From NCBI GenBank assembly GCA_031370005.1, contig JANMPT010000060.1:1-48880 (forward strand): a DNA stretch of 48,880 bases, given 5' to 3'. Shown here piece by piece: positions 47,150 through 48,880 of the stretch (positions are counted from its first letter, which is position 1; each line of letters begins with the position of its first letter). Both the position numbers and the translations under genes were made by a program. The notes under the pieces are model-generated. The model searched no databases, was not told where the DNA came from, and was given only the letters and a program-made list of their open reading frames with translations. This DNA is from Bdellovibrionales bacterium (GTDB lineage: Bacteria > Bdellovibrionota > Bdellovibrionia > Bdellovibrionales > Bdellovibrionaceae).

Positions 47150-48398
47150 AACAAACCCCAATGCGACAAAGCCAGATCGAGAACCAAATCAGCCAACTCA
47201 CTGGTTTGGGCTGGCTTATTTGTTAATTTTCGTTGCGGGCGTGGGCTTTTTTCTGCTCTCATTTATTGCTCTCGGCGTGCTGCCAGGCGTGCGGCTAGCT
47301 GAATCTATGGCGAGTTACCCAAAAAATGAAATGTCGGACTACACACTTGCCGAACTTCGTGGCCGCCATATCTATGCCAGAATGGGCTGTGCTTTGTGCC
47401 ACTCACAACAAGTGCGTTTTTTACCCGCTGATATTCGTCGCTGGGGCGCTCCCACGGAGGCCTGGGAAACGCGTTACGATTTTCCCCAACTATGGGGAAC
47501 CCGCCGAATCGGTCCTGACCTGGCCCGTGAGGCCGGTGTTCGCAGCAAGGATTGGCAGCTCACTCATCTCTTCAAACCGCAGTGGATCGTGCCTGACTCC
47601 GTGATGCCAGCCTTTCCTTGGTTATTCAATGGCCGTCCGGATCGCCCCACGGCCGATGCTCTTGATCTGGTGGCCTACTTACAAACGCTAGGGCGCGCTC
47701 GACAGTCGAGCACGGGAAAACACTTTAAGTCTCACACTGATATGGACATGTCCCCACTCATTGCGAATGAAATAAACGTGCTCGATGAACTCGCGTTTAT
47801 TAATCCGCAACAAACACACAACCAGCTGATCGCGCGCGGTCGACTGTTATTTGTCAGGAATTGCACTGGGTGCCATGGCCCGAGTGGCGATGGCAAGGGC
47901 CCTGCCGCCATTGGTCTTTTACCCAAGCCCGCCAATTTACTTCGCAGCCGATTTTCAACTCCGGGTTTAGCGCAGATTCTATGGAATGGTGTCGCTGGGT
48001 CATCCATGCCTGCATGGCGTGAGTTTACAAGCGGCGATCTGGCTAGCCTTGCGAACTATGTGCAAACGCTTCATATCGACTCTGATGTTAGCTCTGTTGA
48101 TAACACCCCCGCACCCGCCCCCACTCTCGCTCAGGGCGCGGTGATCTATACCAAAAATTGTCTTCGCTGTCACGGCGTGGAAGGAAAAGGAAATGGCCCA
48201 GACAGCACCACCCTTTTGCCGCGACCCGCGAATTTCACTGAAGTTCAATTCGATACGGAGCAAATTCTCCAGGTATTGCACGAGGGGGTTGCTGGCACAG
48301 CCATGCCTGCGTGGCCGAATCTAACGACGTCGGAAAAACAAGCGGTGAGCGCATTTGTCCGCAGCATATTTAATGCACCGAAGGAGCAAAATCCATGA
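47142..48398 (+). CDS. CcoO-like subunit II fused to two additional cytochrome c domains (triheme)
   Basis: TM; GRHIYARMGCALCHSQQVR, WGTRRIGPDLARE, SVMPAFPWLF; further CTGCH and CLRCH domains with MPAW. Confidence 0.85.
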   Translation: MAETNPNATKPDREPNQPTHWFGLAYLLIFVAGVGFFLLSFIALGVLPGVRLAESMASYPKNEMSDYTLAELRGRHIYARMGCALCHSQQVRFLPADIRRWGAPTEAWETRYDFPQLWGTRRIGPDLAREAGVRSKDWQLTHLFKPQWIVPDSVMPAFPWLFNGRPDRPTADALDLVAYLQTLGRARQSSTGKHFKSHTDMDMSPLIANEINVLDELAFINPQQTHNQLIARGRLLFVRNCTGCHGPSGDGKGPAAIGLLPKPANLLRSRFSTPGLAQILWNGVAGSSMPAWREFTSGDLASLANYVQTLHIDSDVSSVDNTPAPAPTLAQGAVIYTKNCLRCHGVEGKGNGPDSTTLLPRPANFTEVQFDTEQILQVLHEGVAGTAMPAWPNLTTSEKQAVSAFVRSIFNAPKEQNP

Positions 48399-48613
48399 TC
48401 GCAGCAATTGTTATTGCCACTATCCTTATTGTTTTAGGTCCTCTTATTCTATGGTTTTTTTCACCCGCTTTTCGTACCTGGACCGAAAAGCCTAAATTCG
48501 CAATATTGGCGCACAGTGAACTATTCGAAAAGTCTACGATGGAAGATCCCATGGTCGCGGCACCCGTCGACAAAGGGGCGGCCGACACCAAAGAGACCCC
48601 GAAAGACTCTTAG
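48395..48613 (+). CDS. Small single-TM protein, last gene of the oxidase operon
   Basis: ATGA overlap, SD AAGGAG, hydrophobic N-terminus followed by EKPKF. Confidence 0.6.
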   Translation: MIAAIVIATILIVLGPLILWFFSPAFRTWTEKPKFAILAHSELFEKSTMEDPMVAAPVDKGAADTKETPKDS

Positions 48614-48830
48614 CTCGTCGCTAAGGCTTTTTATATGTCTGTCTCGTTGCCCGTATTGTTTTGAAGCAATTCCTGGATTACGTGACATGAATCTCAAAAA
48701 ACATCGCCTCATTCCTAAACAGGCCTAATTTAATTTATAAAATTCCACTTTAGGCCTTTAGTCCTGGAAAAAACTCGCCGAAAGATTGGTATCTGTTGGT
48801 TGAACAGTTTCTTGAACAAAGGATGAAGGC

Positions 48831-48880
48831 ATGTTTAAAAAATCAGCATTGTACGTCGGTGGTGTGTTTTTATTCGTAAA
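48831..48880 (+). CDS. 5' end of a probable exported protein (truncated by the window)
   Basis: MFKKSALYVGGVFLFV... signal-peptide-like; AAGGA upstream; GCCGAAAG sigma28-like -10 at 48777. Confidence 0.4.
   Translation, partial: MFKKSALYVGGVFLFV

Noticed and set aside
1..48880. Remaining short antisense or nested ORFs in the track; tRNA, rRNA, IS or prophage elements
   Set aside because: The ORFs are shadows of well-supported genes with no motifs of their own. No cloverleaf, rRNA-like, transposase, integrase or phage sequence was recognised.

Overview
A gene-dense bacterial chromosomal segment. Gene content and style suggest Bdellovibrionota (Bdellovibrio-like); this is an inference from PilT, a TadE-like protein, S8 and M16 peptidases, deo salvage genes and sigma28-type promoters. 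About the first 44 kb is mostly housekeeping: ndk, an RlmD-like methyltransferase, PilW-like TPR, RodZ, GT39, nadE, rimO, lolA, comF, rlmH, a nadD-rsfS fusion, obgE, rpmA, rplU, rng, pilT, deoC-pdp-PNP, asnS, an acyl-CoA carboxylase trio, tatBC, hemW-grpE-dnaJ-like, LpoA-like, two DksA/TraR paralogues, lon and a patatin. The standout is a visibly GC-richer, translationally coupled five-gene operon at 44050-48613. It encodes TsdB-like diheme c4, TsdA-like thiosulfate dehydrogenase, an atypical C-family (cbb3-like) heme-copper oxidase subunit I, a triheme CcoO-like subunit and a small membrane protein, and may be a self-contained thiosulfate-to-O2 respiratory module. Other observations: an RlmD-like gene whose TRAM domain has no canonical start codon, repeated leaderless-mRNA promoter geometry, divergent genes only 17-19 bp apart, a hairpin/promoter overlap that could insulate deoC from pilT read-through, complementary DksA paralogues and an H1-like tail on bL21. 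I saw no rRNA, tRNA, CRISPR array or transposase. All calls come from reading motifs by eye; no database search was run.
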